Positions 40,375-51,287 of a stretch of DNA of 64,000 nucleotides are shown here, one piece after another. Position 1 is the first letter of the stretch. The number at the start of each line of letters is the position of its first letter. The stretch covers positions 50,161 through 114,160 of the forward strand of contig JACOUO010000011.1 of assembly GCA_016177845.1 (NCBI GenBank). The letters run 5' to 3'. This stretch comes from Deltaproteobacteria bacterium (GTDB lineage: Bacteria; Desulfobacterota; GWC2-55-46). Under the pieces are notes generated by a model that worked only from the letters and a program-made list of their open reading frames with translations, ran no database searches and had not been told where the DNA came from. The position numbers and the translations under genes were made by a program.

Positions 40375-40661
40375 TAGAACTCCCTTCATAAATGTATGCT
40401 TTTTCAAACGCGGTATCTGGCTTTATTGCGTCCCGCGCTTATTCCTTTCCTATTTATTTTAACGGTGGCGGAGTAATCCCGCCCTTTAAGGGGGGAATGA
40501 ATTATTAAATATACCACAAAAAGTAAAATTTGTAGGGCATTAAGGCCCATATGGGCAATAATAAGTTTCCGCCTTTTTTAAAACATGTGAAATATATTGA
40601 ATTCTTAAGCGTATTTTATTATATTGTCCCAATCGTCCTTACATTGAAAAATCAAACAAAA

Positions 40662-41423
40662 ATGGTCAAAAAAGCCGAAAAAAAGGTCATCCTTGTCTCT
40701 AATGACGATGGTATTCGCTCAGAGGGGATACTAAAGCTCGCCTCAGCCCTGAAAAGGCTCGGGACAGTCTATATTGTTGCGCCTGACAGGGAAAGGAGCG
40801 CGGCAAGCCATTCCCTTACCCTGCACCGCCCTTTAAGGGTGGAGTCTGTAGGCACAAGGATGTACGCTGTTGACGGCACTCCCACAGACTGCGTTACTCT
40901 GGCCGTAAACGGCGGAATTCTGCCGGTAAGGCCTGATATAGTCGTCTCCGGCATAAACAGGGGCGGCAATCTTGGGGAGGATGTCACATATTCCGGTACT
41001 GTATCCGCTGCAATGGAAGGCACTCTTCTCGGTATTCCGTCCATTGCCTTCTCCCTGGCCGCAAGGGAGAACTTTAACTTTACCCCGGCAGCAGCATTTG
41101 CCGCGCGGCTTGTAAGGTTCATCTTCAGGAAGGGGATGCCCAAAGATACCCTCTTGAATGTAAATGTGCCTAATAAGAAGAATATAAAAGGCTATAAGAT
41201 AACAAGGCAGGGCAAACGCTTTTTCAGCGATGCCATAGTAGAGAAGGTAGACCCAAGGGGAAAGAAGTACTACTGGATAGGCGGAGACATGCAGAGGTGG
41301 GAAGGCGGGGAGGATACAGACTTCCATGCCGTAAATAAGGGATATATCTCGATAACCCCCGTGCACCTTGACCTTACCAATTACAGTTCGCTAAGCGAAC
41401 TGCGCCAGTGGAGCATAAAATAA
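40662..41423 (+). CDS. surE: 5'/3'-nucleotidase SurE
   Basis: SNDDG, GTPTDCV, SGIN.G.N, YSGTV. Confidence 0.96.
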   Translation: MVKKAEKKVILVSNDDGIRSEGILKLASALKRLGTVYIVAPDRERSAASHSLTLHRPLRVESVGTRMYAVDGTPTDCVTLAVNGGILPVRPDIVVSGINRGGNLGEDVTYSGTVSAAMEGTLLGIPSIAFSLAARENFNFTPAAAFAARLVRFIFRKGMPKDTLLNVNVPNKKNIKGYKITRQGKRFFSDAIVEKVDPRGKKYYWIGGDMQRWEGGEDTDFHAVNKGYISITPVHLDLTNYSSLSELRQWSIK

Positions 41424-41445
41424 TCGTTTTTTTAGTAAGGACAAG

Positions 41446-42135
41446 ATGAAGCCTGCAACATTGAGAGTAAAGAGGGATATTTACGAACGCACAAGGCAGA
41501 AGATGCTCGATGACCAGCTCATTGCCAGGGGCATTACGCAAAATGAGGTGCTTCATGCCATGCTGACCGTGCCAAGGCATCTGTTCGTTGCCGAGGCGCT
41601 CCATTCACAGGCTTATACGGACTACCCGTTGCCCATAGGCGAGAAGCAGACTATATCACAGCCTTACATGGTAGCCCTTATGACCGAGTCCCTTGGGCTT
41701 ACAGGCGCTGAAAGGGTGCTTGAGATTGGCACAGGGTCCGGCTATCAGACCGCAATACTTTCCATGCTTGTGGAAAAGGTATATACGATAGAGAGGATAT
41801 CCGTTCTTGCGGCAAAGGCAAGGCGGCTCTTTGATGACCTGCATTGCTCCAATGTGATAGTAAGGGTTGCCGACGGCACGACAGGCTGGCCTGATGAAGC
41901 TCCGTTTGACGCGATAATAACCACCGCTGGCTCTCCGCAGGTGCCTTCAGCTTATATAGAGCAGCTTAAGACAGGGGGCCGCCTTATCATCCCGGTAGGC
42001 GATGAGGAATCACAGAAACTTCTTAAGATAACAAAGAGGGCTGATGGCGTCACAACCGAAGTCCTTGGCGGGTGCAAGTTCGTAAAGCTCATCGGAAAGC
42101 ACGGATGGCAGGCAGAAAAAAGAGAGTCCTGTTAA
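41446..42135 (+). CDS. pcm: Protein-L-isoaspartate O-methyltransferase
   Basis: [30 protein letters not shown]. Confidence 0.96.
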   Translation: MKPATLRVKRDIYERTRQKMLDDQLIARGITQNEVLHAMLTVPRHLFVAEALHSQAYTDYPLPIGEKQTISQPYMVALMTESLGLTGAERVLEIGTGSGYQTAILSMLVEKVYTIERISVLAAKARRLFDDLHCSNVIVRVADGTTGWPDEAPFDAIITTAGSPQVPSAYIEQLKTGGRLIIPVGDEESQKLLKITKRADGVTTEVLGGCKFVKLIGKHGWQAEKRESC

Positions 42136-42202
42136 AACCGTTCTCTTATAAATAGTTTTTCAACTACGCAATCTAACGAAAATCTTAAATTCCCTCAGAC
42201 TT

Positions 42203-42661
42203 ATGAGCAGAACACTTATAGGCATTATCGGATTGGGGCTTGAGGATGAGGCGCTTAATAAAATTGCCGGGGAAGTCGGAGCCCTCATAGGCTCAGCCGG
42301 TCTTGGGCTTGTAAACGGCGGGCTTTTCGGCGTGATGCAGGCATCTGCCCGGGGCTGCAGGCAGGCCGGCGGGCTTACTATAGGCCTTCTTCCGGGAATC
42401 GACCCGAAGGATGCCAACCCCTATATAGATATCCCAATTCCTACAGGCATGGGAGAGATGAGAAATCTCCTTATAGTAAGGGCTGCCTCAGCCCTTATAG
42501 CCATTGGAGGCGGCTACGGTACTCTTTCCGAGATAGCCCTTGGCCTTAAGTCATCAAAACCTGTCATCGGCATCAATACCTGGGACATATCACCGAATAT
42601 AATCAAAGCGGCAACACCTTCTGAAGCAGTAGAGCTGGCCTTGAAATCCATAAAGGTCTGA
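42203..42661 (+). CDS. TIGR00725/LOG-like Rossmann-fold protein
   Basis: GGLFGVM.A..RG, TIGLLPG, TGMGE.RN, GGGYGTLSEI. Confidence 0.85.
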   Translation: MSRTLIGIIGLGLEDEALNKIAGEVGALIGSAGLGLVNGGLFGVMQASARGCRQAGGLTIGLLPGIDPKDANPYIDIPIPTGMGEMRNLLIVRAASALIAIGGGYGTLSEIALGLKSSKPVIGINTWDISPNIIKAATPSEAVELALKSIKV

Positions 42662-42687
42662 ACGCGAACCTTATTAAAATTGTGAAG

Positions 42688-43344
42688 ATGCTTATCCGTT
42701 TTTTTGCAGTTATTATGTTCATTTTTTTGACCGGCTGTATGGCAGGCAGGGGAGTGGTGCACACTGTGGGCAAAGGGGAGACCCTTTGGAGGATATGCCA
42801 TACCTACGGAGTGGATATGCAGGAAGTGGCGGAGATCAACAATATCAAAAGGCCATCTGATATCGAAGCAGGAAAAAGGCTTTTTATACCCGGGGTATCT
42901 GACCTTAAAAAGATAGTGCCTTTCTCCAACGCTTCCATTGAAAGGGATAAGGAAGGCAGGATAGTAATAGAGAAGGATAGATTTTTGTGGCCCATAAAGG
43001 GTGAAGTCATCTCAGCCTACGGCATAAGAGGCAGCGGCAGGCACGACGGCATAGACATAAAGGCAGAGCAGGGCACGCCCATAAAAGCGGCTGACGCGGG
43101 CGAGGTCGTTTATGTGAACTCAAGCCTCAGGGGATACGGCAATATCATCATACTTAAACATAAAGATGACTTCTATACTGTTTATGCTCACAATGATGAG
43201 AACCTTGTAAAATCAGGTGAAACGATAAGCAAAGGAGAAATAATAGGCAAGGTTGGCAGCAGCGGCAATGCCACAGGGCCGCATCTGCACTTTGAGGTAA
43301 GGCACGGCAAGGTAGTGCGCAACCCTCTTTTTTTCTTGCCATAA
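42688..43344 (+). CDS. nlpD: LysM/M23 peptidase lipoprotein (NlpD-like)
   Basis: Lipobox LTGC, LysM (HTVGKGETLW), HDGID, YAH, HLHFE; position before rpoS. Confidence 0.8.
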   Translation: MLIRFFAVIMFIFLTGCMAGRGVVHTVGKGETLWRICHTYGVDMQEVAEINNIKRPSDIEAGKRLFIPGVSDLKKIVPFSNASIERDKEGRIVIEKDRFLWPIKGEVISAYGIRGSGRHDGIDIKAEQGTPIKAADAGEVVYVNSSLRGYGNIIILKHKDDFYTVYAHNDENLVKSGETISKGEIIGKVGSSGNATGPHLHFEVRHGKVVRNPLFFLP

Positions 43345-43423
43345 ACTTTTTTTTATAGTAAAAACAATAAAATCCAAAGACGCACCCCGGTTTTCTGTCC
43401 TCTAACGATAAAGTAGAGGCGAT

Positions 43424-44341
43424 ATGGAAAAAATAAATGAAGCGCTCACGAACGGAGCGTTCATCGGGAGATTCAATCGCGGCGAAGAAAAAGAAGGGCG
43501 TGAAAGCCTTTCAACCGATTCTTTAAAGTTCTATTTCAACTGCATCAAAAGATATCCGCTGCTCACATCCAAAGAAGAAAAACAGCTCGCAAGAAAAATA
43601 GCAAAAGGCGACCATGAAGCGCGAAAGCGCATGATCGAGGCAAACCTGCGCCTTGTGGTCAATATAGCGAAAAGATACATGAACAGGGGCTTTCCCCTTC
43701 AGGACCTTATCGAAGAAGGCAACATAGGGCTGATAAAGTCTGTTGAGCGCTTCAAGGCGACCAAGGGCTGCAAGTTCTCTACATACGCTACCTACTGGAT
43801 AAAGCAGTCCATTGAACGCGCCATTGCAAATCAGGCTAATGTAGTAAGGCTTCCTATACATATCACTTCCGATATTTCGAAAGTGGCGAGGGCGTCAAGG
43901 GAGTTGCTTATGATACTGAACAGGGAGCCGTCCGTGCGGGAATTGGCGGAGAGGACAGGCCTTTCGGGAAGGTATGTGAAAAAGCTTGATATTATCGGGA
44001 AAAAAAGTTATTCCCTTGAAGCATTCCTGCCTGACGGCAGCGACCAGTCGCTCCTTGATAAGCTGGAGGATACTTCATACCCGACCCCGCTGGAGCTTAT
44101 AGACAGGTTCAGGAAAGCTACCAAGGTGAATAACTGGCTCTGCATGCTTGATGAGAATGAGAGCAGGATAATAAAGCTCAGGTTCGGTATTGAGACTGAA
44201 GGGCCAAAGACCCTTGAGGAGATAGGAAAGGCATTCGGGGTGACAAGGGAGAGGGTGCGCCAGATAGAGGCGAGGGCGCTGGATAAGCTTAAAAAGATAA
44301 TAATCGAGAGAGATAATATAGAATCCCTCGATGCCGTATGA
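43424..44341 (+). CDS. rpoS: RNA polymerase sigma factor, RpoS-like
   Basis: [34 protein letters not shown]; surE-pcm-nlpD synteny; no region 1.1. Confidence 0.82.
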   Translation: MEKINEALTNGAFIGRFNRGEEKEGRESLSTDSLKFYFNCIKRYPLLTSKEEKQLARKIAKGDHEARKRMIEANLRLVVNIAKRYMNRGFPLQDLIEEGNIGLIKSVERFKATKGCKFSTYATYWIKQSIERAIANQANVVRLPIHITSDISKVARASRELLMILNREPSVRELAERTGLSGRYVKKLDIIGKKSYSLEAFLPDGSDQSLLDKLEDTSYPTPLELIDRFRKATKVNNWLCMLDENESRIIKLRFGIETEGPKTLEEIGKAFGVTRERVRQIEARALDKLKKIIIERDNIESLDAV

Positions 44342-44385
44342 TAATATAATATTTGAAATCTTTAAAAACATATAAGGAGAAGAGC

Positions 44386-44904
44386 ATGGTAGAGCAACTG
44401 AAAAAGTCCGTTAGAGATGTTCCCGATTTTCCTAAGAAAGGCATTCTTTTTAAAGATATCACTACATTATGCAAAGAACCTTCGATGTTCGTCCGTATGG
44501 TCGATATGATGGCGCACCGCCATATCGGCAAAAAGATAGACCTTGTAGTGGGCATTGAGGCGCGCGGGTTTGTTGTAGGCTCAGCCCTTGCTTATAAACT
44601 CGGCGCAGGAATAGTCCTTGTAAGAAAGCCTGGGAAGCTTCCTCATAAGACGCATCAGGCAAGCTACACCCTTGAGTACGGAAAAGATACACTTGAGATA
44701 CATCAGGATGCCATACAGCCGGGGCAGAATGTGATAATCGCGGATGACCTTCTTGCCACAGGCGGCACAGCAGGGGCTGTTGCAAAGCTTGTAGAGCAAA
44801 TGGGCGGCAATATCATTGAATGTTCATTCATCATAGAGCTTGATGAGCTTAAGGGAAGGGAAAAGCTAAGCCCCCACCCTGTATTCTCACTTATGAGCTT
44901 CTAA
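44386..44904 (+). CDS. apt: Adenine phosphoribosyltransferase
   Basis: [36 protein letters not shown]. Confidence 0.96.
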   Translation: MVEQLKKSVRDVPDFPKKGILFKDITTLCKEPSMFVRMVDMMAHRHIGKKIDLVVGIEARGFVVGSALAYKLGAGIVLVRKPGKLPHKTHQASYTLEYGKDTLEIHQDAIQPGQNVIIADDLLATGGTAGAVAKLVEQMGGNIIECSFIIELDELKGREKLSPHPVFSLMSF

Positions 44905-44915
44905 ATCAATAATCC

Positions 44916-44950
44916 AAGGCGGGATTTTTTTTATTTTACCCCGCCTTTTT
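44916..44950 (+). terminator. Possible terminator after apt
   Basis: AAGGCGGG..CCCGCCTT followed by Ts; long loop. Confidence 0.45.
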
Positions 44951-44975
44951 CTATTCTTCAGGAATTTTCAGGCCC

Positions 44976-46229
44976 ATGTCCTCTTCCTCTTTCGCCCCAA
45001 TTATAATCCTATCCATTGTCTTTATCCTGATAGCTGTCAGGCAGGTCGGCAGTTTCAGGCTTCAGATTTGGCAGATAATGCTCTTTGGGGCAGCAGGCGT
45101 CCTTATTACGGGAAGCATTGCTCCGGTATCAGCGCTTAAGGCCATTAACTGGGATGTGATGCTTTTCCTCTTCGGGATGTTTGTGGTTGGCGAGGCAATG
45201 GTTGAGAGCGGGTATCTTTACCACATCTCGTATGACCTCTTTAAGGGCGCACGGAATACAGATCAGCTTGTGCTGCTGATATTATTTGTGATGGGTTTTT
45301 TCTCTGCGTTCCTTATGAACGACACCGTAGCGATAATAGGCACACCGCTGGTGTTGTTCTTTGCGGAAAAGCATAACATTTCACATAAACTTTTGCTTCT
45401 ATCACTTTGTTTTGCCGCTACTTTAGGGAGCGTCATGAGCCCCATCGGCAACCCGCAGAACCTGCTCATCGCCTTAAACGGCGGCGTTGCAAACCCCTTT
45501 ATTACATTCCTCAAATACCTTGCCATCCCTACGATAATCAATCTGCTTATTGCCTACGCGGTTCTCAAGTATTTTTACGGAGATCATTTTCACGGCAAGT
45601 CCATAGACAGTGAAAGGGAGAGGCTTAAAGATGTAAAATTGGCAATGCTTTCAAAGATTTCCCTTATTTTGATAATGCTTCTTGTGAGCTTTAAGATAAT
45701 AGCGGTCTTTTTTGGCTTTGATTTCAGGCTTACATACATAGCCCTTGCTGCCGCGTTCCCCATTCTTGCATTCAGTCCAAAAAGGGTAAAGATACTTAAA
45801 AATATCGACTGGCACACGCTTGTATTCTTTATGGCGCTTTTTGTGCTTATGGGCAGCGTTTGGGCCTCAGGCATACTGCAAGGTATGATTCATTCGCTCG
45901 ATATGGATTTGAGGTCTGTTGACCTGATACTTGGGGTGAGTGTCGTGGTAAGCCAGCTTCTTTCCAATGTGCCGTTCGTGGCTTTATATCTGCCGCTTCT
46001 CAATCACCTCGGCCCTACGACCGAGGGGATGATGGCCCTTGCATCAGGCAGTACCATTGCGGGTAATCTCCTGATACTTGGTGCGGCAAGCAACATCATA
46101 ATCATTCAGAACGCTGAAAAAAGGGGAGAGACCCTTTCATTCGCGGAGTTCGCCATTGTCGGAGTACCGCTTACAATCCTGAATATGGCAGTTTACTGGG
46201 TATTCTTTAGATTGATAAGCCTCTTTTAG
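44976..46229 (+). CDS. ArsB/NhaD/SLC13-type anion transporter
   Basis: SAFLMNDT, GS..SPIGNPQN, SNVP, STIAGNL..GAASN. Confidence 0.85.
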   Translation: MSSSSFAPIIILSIVFILIAVRQVGSFRLQIWQIMLFGAAGVLITGSIAPVSALKAINWDVMLFLFGMFVVGEAMVESGYLYHISYDLFKGARNTDQLVLLILFVMGFFSAFLMNDTVAIIGTPLVLFFAEKHNISHKLLLLSLCFAATLGSVMSPIGNPQNLLIALNGGVANPFITFLKYLAIPTIINLLIAYAVLKYFYGDHFHGKSIDSERERLKDVKLAMLSKISLILIMLLVSFKIIAVFFGFDFRLTYIALAAAFPILAFSPKRVKILKNIDWHTLVFFMALFVLMGSVWASGILQGMIHSLDMDLRSVDLILGVSVVVSQLLSNVPFVALYLPLLNHLGPTTEGMMALASGSTIAGNLLILGAASNIIIIQNAEKRGETLSFAEFAIVGVPLTILNMAVYWVFFRLISLF

Positions 46230-47389
46230 ATGACTTCCAGTATGACGCATTTGAGATATTCAGTCTCAGGTACGGTAAGGGAGACCGGGTGGTCCTTTGC
46301 CTGCGCTCGCACTTCAATGATACGCGCCAGTCTGCCCGCATCCCTTGCGGCAGTCCTGAGCATCTCAAGGAAGGTAAGCCTGTCTACATGATATGAGCAT
46401 GATGAAGTGGCAAGAAGCCCATTTGGCTTCAGGAGCTTCATGCAGGCGGTATTAAGCTCTTTATAAGCCCTGAGCGCCTCACTAATTTTTTGTTTGCTTT
46501 TGACGAATGCGGGAGGGTCAAGGACAATACAGTCGTAAACGCTTTTTGCGGCTATCTCTTCTTTCACGAAGTCAAAGACATCCGCTTTTATGAACTCGCA
46601 CCTGTCAGTGAGGTTGTTAAGCTCGGCGTTTCTTTGGGCGCGCTTTATCGCAGGCTCGGATGAATCAATGCCCTTTACACTTACTCCGGATTCTGCCATC
46701 TTTAAGCTCCAGCCGCCGCCGTAGCAGAAGAGGTCAAGCCCAATGCCTTCTGAGCAGAGCGAACCGAACTGCGCCCTGTTCTCTGCCTGATCAAGGAAAA
46801 AGCCTGTTTTCTGCCCAGTAAACGGGTCTATCTCAAAGATGGTTGAGCCTTCTTTTATCTGCGGGAGCGTATCAAGGCTTCCCTTAACTATCCTCTTCTC
46901 CTGCGGGAGGCCTTCCAGTGTGCGGGAGTTGCTGTCATTCCTGACTACGATGGTAGAGGGGCTAAATACCTCATCAAGGACTTTAAGGATTACATCAGTC
47001 CATTTTTCAATCCCGAGGGTCAGGAACTGAACTGAGAGGCAGTCATTGTATTTATCGACAATGAGGCCGGGCAAAAGATCGCTTTCACTGTAAACCGCCC
47101 TGAAGGCGTTTGTATTTTTTATGAATCTTTTCCTGTACTCAAGGGCGTTTAATATCCTTTTCCTGAAGAACGCCTCGTTTATCTCTTCGTGTTCCCTCGT
47201 AAGTATGCGTATCGCTATCAATGAGTGCGGGTTTACGTAACCTATCCCCATAAATGTATTTTTTTTATCCCTCAGCTCCACAATGGAGCCGGGCTCGAAT
47301 ATCTTCGGGCTCTGGCTGAGTTCGTTGGAAAATACCCAGAGGTGTCCGGCAAGTATCCTTGAAGTCCTGTTAAGTACCGCAGTAAGCAT
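46226..47389 (-). CDS. rlmI: RlmI-family SAM-dependent rRNA methyltransferase
   Basis: GHLWVF (PUA), SESD.LPGL.VD, GQKTGFFLDQ, LDPPAF, TSSCS, ET.YLK. Confidence 0.85.
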   Translation of the reverse strand: MLTAVLNRTSRILAGHLWVFSNELSQSPKIFEPGSIVELRDKKNTFMGIGYVNPHSLIAIRILTREHEEINEAFFRKRILNALEYRKRFIKNTNAFRAVYSESDLLPGLIVDKYNDCLSVQFLTLGIEKWTDVILKVLDEVFSPSTIVVRNDSNSRTLEGLPQEKRIVKGSLDTLPQIKEGSTIFEIDPFTGQKTGFFLDQAENRAQFGSLCSEGIGLDLFCYGGGWSLKMAESGVSVKGIDSSEPAIKRAQRNAELNNLTDRCEFIKADVFDFVKEEIAAKSVYDCIVLDPPAFVKSKQKISEALRAYKELNTACMKLLKPNGLLATSSCSYHVDRLTFLEMLRTAARDAGRLARIIEVRAQAKDHPVSLTVPETEYLKCVILEVI

Positions 47390-47559
47390 TATTGTTCCCC
47401 CTTTTTTGAAGCAGATATTATATTAGAGTGCAGGGAACACTGAAAGGTATTTTTTTGATATAATCAATATAATTAGAGTTTTTAATGGGAATGCTTGCAT
47501 TTCCACTGAAAAAAGGCAAAATCCATATAGAAGCATAACCTGAACAAAGAGGTTTTTTT

Positions 47560-50280
47560 ATGGCAGTAGAGAGAAAACCGGCGCCTGAGCCTGAGAGCAA
47601 GGAGGTAATACTCCGCAATGGCCAGAGCCTTCGCGTAAGGCCGATAAGACCTGATGATAAAAAAAGGCTTGAGGAGCTTTTTTACCGTTTAAGCCCCCGC
47701 ACAAGATACCTCAGGTTCCAGTACGCTAAAGACCATATTACCGAACAGGAGCTTAAGTACTTTACCGAGGTCTCGCCTCCGAAGAGGTTCGCGTATGTGG
47801 CAACTATCGGCGAGGCTGAGAACGAAAGGATAATAGCAGTCGGAAGATGGGACATGCTGCCTGACGGAAAAAGGGCGGAGATAGCCTTTACGGTTGAAGA
47901 TAATATACAGTTAAGAGGACTTGGAACAATTCTTCTTGAAGAGCTTTCAAAGGCCGCAGGCATGTATAACATAACAGGCTTTGAAGCGCAGGTGCTCGAG
48001 GAAAATGCCCGCATGCTTGAGGTGTTTGACGAGAGCGGGTTCAAACTTAAAAAGCATTTTGCGGAAGGCCTTTATTCCATATCAATCGACCTGAAAGACC
48101 AGGAAGAATACGCAAAGAGGCAGGAGTACCGTGAGCATGTGGCAAGGAGCGAAGGCGTAAGAAGGCTTCTTTATCCCAAGAGGGTGGCAGTAGTCGGCGC
48201 GTCCAAAGACCCGAACAGCGTCGGCGGCGCGCTCTTCAGGAATATGCTCAAGGACGGTTTTAAAGGTGTCGTCTTTCCGATAAACCCGTCTGCGGAGTCA
48301 ATTGCGGGCGTTCTTGCCTATCCCAGCGTGCTTGAGGTGCCCGGAGAGATAGATGTCGCTGTTATCGTGGTGCCTGCGGAGAGGGTGCTTGATGTCGTTG
48401 ACCAGTGCGGGCAGAAGGGCGTAAGAGGGCTTGTCATAATATCAGCAGGCTTTGGAGAATCAGGCCCTGAAGGGGTCGAAAGGGAAAAAAGGCTTTTGGA
48501 GAAGGTCGTCTCTTATGGGATGAGGGTAATCGGGCCGAATTGTCTTGGTATACTTAACAATACGGTTGATGTAAGGCTCAATGCGACATTCTCTCCTATT
48601 GCTCCGCCATCCGGCAATCTGAGTATCGGCTCACAGAGCGGAGCCCTTGGGCTTGCCCTTCTTGACCATGCAAACAGCATCAATCTCGGCATTGCTGACT
48701 TTGTCTCCATAGGCAACCGTATAGATATTTCAACAAATGACCTGCTTGAGTTCTGGGAAGATGACAAGAACTCCGATGTTATAGTCCTCTACATGGAGTC
48801 CTTCGGCAACCCAAGAAAGTTCGGGCGAATTGCCAGAAGGGTCTCTCATAAAAAACCTATTATCGCCGTCAAGGCGGGCCGCTCGGTTGTCGGCGCAAAA
48901 GCAGCGACTTCTCATACAGGCGCGCTTGCGGCATCTGATGTTGCCGCTGACGCGCTCTTCAGGCAAGCAGGCGTAATAAGGGTAATAACCATTGAAGAGA
49001 TGTTCAATGCCGCTGAGGTGCTTACCCACCAGCCCCTTCCCAAAGGGGGCAGGGTAGGTATACTTACAAATGCGGGAGGCCCCGGTGTGCTTGCGGCTGA
49101 CGCATGCGAAGGTTTCGGGCTTAAAGTCCCTCCGCTTACGGAAGACACGCAGAATAAACTTAAAGCTTTTCTGCCAAAGGCAGCGGCAGTTACAAACCCC
49201 GTTGACATGATCGCAACAGCCCCTCCCGAATCTTTCAAAAAGGCGCTTACCATTATGCTCGATGACCCGGGCATTGATTCTGTCATTTTAATATATATAC
49301 CTCCGCTTGTTACAAAGCCTGAGGACATCGCGCATTCCATAAATGAGGCGCTCCTTGAATACAAGGGCGAAAAGCCTGTAGTGCCTTGCTTCATGATGTC
49401 GCAGGCGACAATGGAAGGCATAAGGAGGGATACTAACTTAAGGCCGTTCGTATTCCCTGAAGATGCTGTGCAGGCGCTTTCATTTGCCTATAACTATTCC
49501 AATTACAAGACTATGGAAGAGGGTAGGATATTGAAATTCCCTGATATCGATACCGATGTTGTCAGGACGGCAATATTCCCGCAGCCGGCGCAGGTTAAGA
49601 GGGGATGGATGATGCCGGAGGCCGCGTTGAAGCTTCTTCAGGACTACGGCATAAATACGGTTGATACAAAGGTTGCGTACTCAGAGGATGAAGCCGCGGA
49701 GGCCGCGCGCAGGCTCGGTTTCCCGGTTGCCATGAAGGTCCGCTCAGCGAAGATAGTCCATAAGACGGATGTCGGAGGCATAGCCATAGGTCTTAGGGAT
49801 GCTGAAGAGGTCAGGAAGGCATTTACTGAAATGAAGCTCAGGCTTGAGTCCCTTGGCAGAGGGCCTGAGATGGAAGGCGTCATACTCCAGCCCATGGTAA
49901 AGGGCGGGCAGGAGATGATAGTCGGAATGTCCATTGACCCGCTCTTTGGCCCGCTTGTCATGATAGGGCTTGGCGGCACGCAGGTCGAGCTAATCAAAGA
50001 TGTTGCTTTCTCAATCCATCCTTTAAGAGATGTTGATCCTGAAAGGATGCTTAAGCAGCTTAAGAGCCTGCCTCTTTTGCAGGGCTGGAGAGGAAGGCCA
50101 AAGGGGGATATCGAGTCGCTTAAGGATGTGCTTTTGAGGTTCTCAGCCATTATCGAGGACTTCCCTGAGATTGACCAGATGGAGATAAACCCTCTTATAG
50201 TCCTGAGCGAAGGGCAGGGGTGCGCTGCTGTTGACGCAAGGGTATATGTAAAGTCGGCCCCAACCGAGCTTACTATTTGA
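47560..50280 (+). CDS. GNAT / NDP-forming acyl-CoA synthetase-like fusion (Pat-type protein lysine acetyltransferase)
   Basis: N-terminal GNAT (RYLRF, EIAF.V.D..Q.RGLG), CoA-binding domain, GPNCLG, SQSG, SHTG, ATP-grasp (HKTD.GG, EINP). Confidence 0.88.
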   Translation: MAVERKPAPEPESKEVILRNGQSLRVRPIRPDDKKRLEELFYRLSPRTRYLRFQYAKDHITEQELKYFTEVSPPKRFAYVATIGEAENERIIAVGRWDMLPDGKRAEIAFTVEDNIQLRGLGTILLEELSKAAGMYNITGFEAQVLEENARMLEVFDESGFKLKKHFAEGLYSISIDLKDQEEYAKRQEYREHVARSEGVRRLLYPKRVAVVGASKDPNSVGGALFRNMLKDGFKGVVFPINPSAESIAGVLAYPSVLEVPGEIDVAVIVVPAERVLDVVDQCGQKGVRGLVIISAGFGESGPEGVEREKRLLEKVVSYGMRVIGPNCLGILNNTVDVRLNATFSPIAPPSGNLSIGSQSGALGLALLDHANSINLGIADFVSIGNRIDISTNDLLEFWEDDKNSDVIVLYMESFGNPRKFGRIARRVSHKKPIIAVKAGRSVVGAKAATSHTGALAASDVAADALFRQAGVIRVITIEEMFNAAEVLTHQPLPKGGRVGILTNAGGPGVLAADACEGFGLKVPPLTEDTQNKLKAFLPKAAAVTNPVDMIATAPPESFKKALTIMLDDPGIDSVILIYIPPLVTKPEDIAHSINEALLEYKGEKPVVPCFMMSQATMEGIRRDTNLRPFVFPEDAVQALSFAYNYSNYKTMEEGRILKFPDIDTDVVRTAIFPQPAQVKRGWMMPEAALKLLQDYGINTVDTKVAYSEDEAAEAARRLGFPVAMKVRSAKIVHKTDVGGIAIGLRDAEEVRKAFTEMKLRLESLGRGPEMEGVILQPMVKGGQEMIVGMSIDPLFGPLVMIGLGGTQVELIKDVAFSIHPLRDVDPERMLKQLKSLPLLQGWRGRPKGDIESLKDVLLRFSAIIEDFPEIDQMEINPLIVLSEGQGCAAVDARVYVKSAPTELTI

Positions 50281-50393
50281 TTCTACAAAGGATTTGACTA
50301 AGTTCCTGAACTGAAGTAAAATTACAAACGCCTTGAATGTACGGTTTAGAGTTTTGGTCTTTTGCTCTTCCCTCCAGAAAAAGGAAATTGTAA

Positions 50394-51284
50394 TTGAGCA
50401 GTTCTCCAAAAACCCCTGTCATCCGCAAGAATCCCCTATATAAAAAAGCAGCTCTTATCTTTGGCATACTTGCCGCAGGCTTTGCCATGTTCTCGATAAC
50501 CGCGTTTTATGCCATACCCGCGCATTTTATCGAGGGCTGGATAAAAGAAAAGCTCAAGGAACGGTTCGGCATAACGGTTGCCGATGAAAAATTCGAAAGG
50601 GTTTTTCCCTTCGGGCTCTCTGTCTCAAAGGTCGAGTTTTTTAACGGCAGCGGCAAACCTTTCCTCTACCTCGATGAACTCAATGTGAAGTTCAAACCCT
50701 TAAGCATCTTTACCGGAAATTTGAAGGTTGGGATCAGTGCCGTTGCGGGCGGGGGTGAGCTTAACGGCGATTTTTCCATCAGGCCGGGCGGTGTTGCGCT
50801 TAATCTCAAGGGCAGGCAAATCGGTTTTAATAATTTCCCTATTCTTGAATATTCAGGCATAAAAATAGACGGTGCTTTTAATAACGATCTTTCAATTGAG
50901 GCAAAGAACGGCGGGTGTCCGACAGGTTATCTTGATGTGAAGGCTGAAGTCCTCAGGGGCGGGGAAATTCGGTTTATGGGATATCCTCTGCCGGTCGGCG
51001 ACCTGCAAAAAGCAGGCGCCGCCGTGGAGTTAGGCAACTGCGAGGCAAAGGTGGAAGGCGTATGGCTTGAAGGCAGCGACCTTTCAGCAAGGCTTCAGGG
51101 CGAAGTCACTTTGACCGCGCCCTTTTCCGCAAGCCCCATTGACTTAAGCCTTGAGCTCATACCCAAGGAAAATCTGATAGGAAAGGAATTCATACTGTCA
51201 TTCATAAACGCGTACAAAAGGTCTGCAAATTTTTACTCTGTCCCCGTAAAGGGCACTATCGGAAACCCTGCAATGGTAAAATGA
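50394..51284 (+). CDS. Bitopic beta-rich protein resembling type II secretion protein GspN
   Basis: Single N-terminal TM followed by P, beta-rich periplasmic region, C-terminal GTIGNP. Confidence 0.55.
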   Translation: MSSSPKTPVIRKNPLYKKAALIFGILAAGFAMFSITAFYAIPAHFIEGWIKEKLKERFGITVADEKFERVFPFGLSVSKVEFFNGSGKPFLYLDELNVKFKPLSIFTGNLKVGISAVAGGGELNGDFSIRPGGVALNLKGRQIGFNNFPILEYSGIKIDGAFNNDLSIEAKNGGCPTGYLDVKAEVLRGGEIRFMGYPLPVGDLQKAGAAVELGNCEAKVEGVWLEGSDLSARLQGEVTLTAPFSASPIDLSLELIPKENLIGKEFILSFINAYKRSANFYSVPVKGTIGNPAMVK

Positions 51285-51287
51285 TAG

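Noticed and set aside
40474-40500. IS200/IS605-like terminal hairpin (AATCCCGCCCTTTAAGGGGGGAATGA)
   Set aside because: Imperfect stem, single copy, and no tnpA/tnpB nearby.
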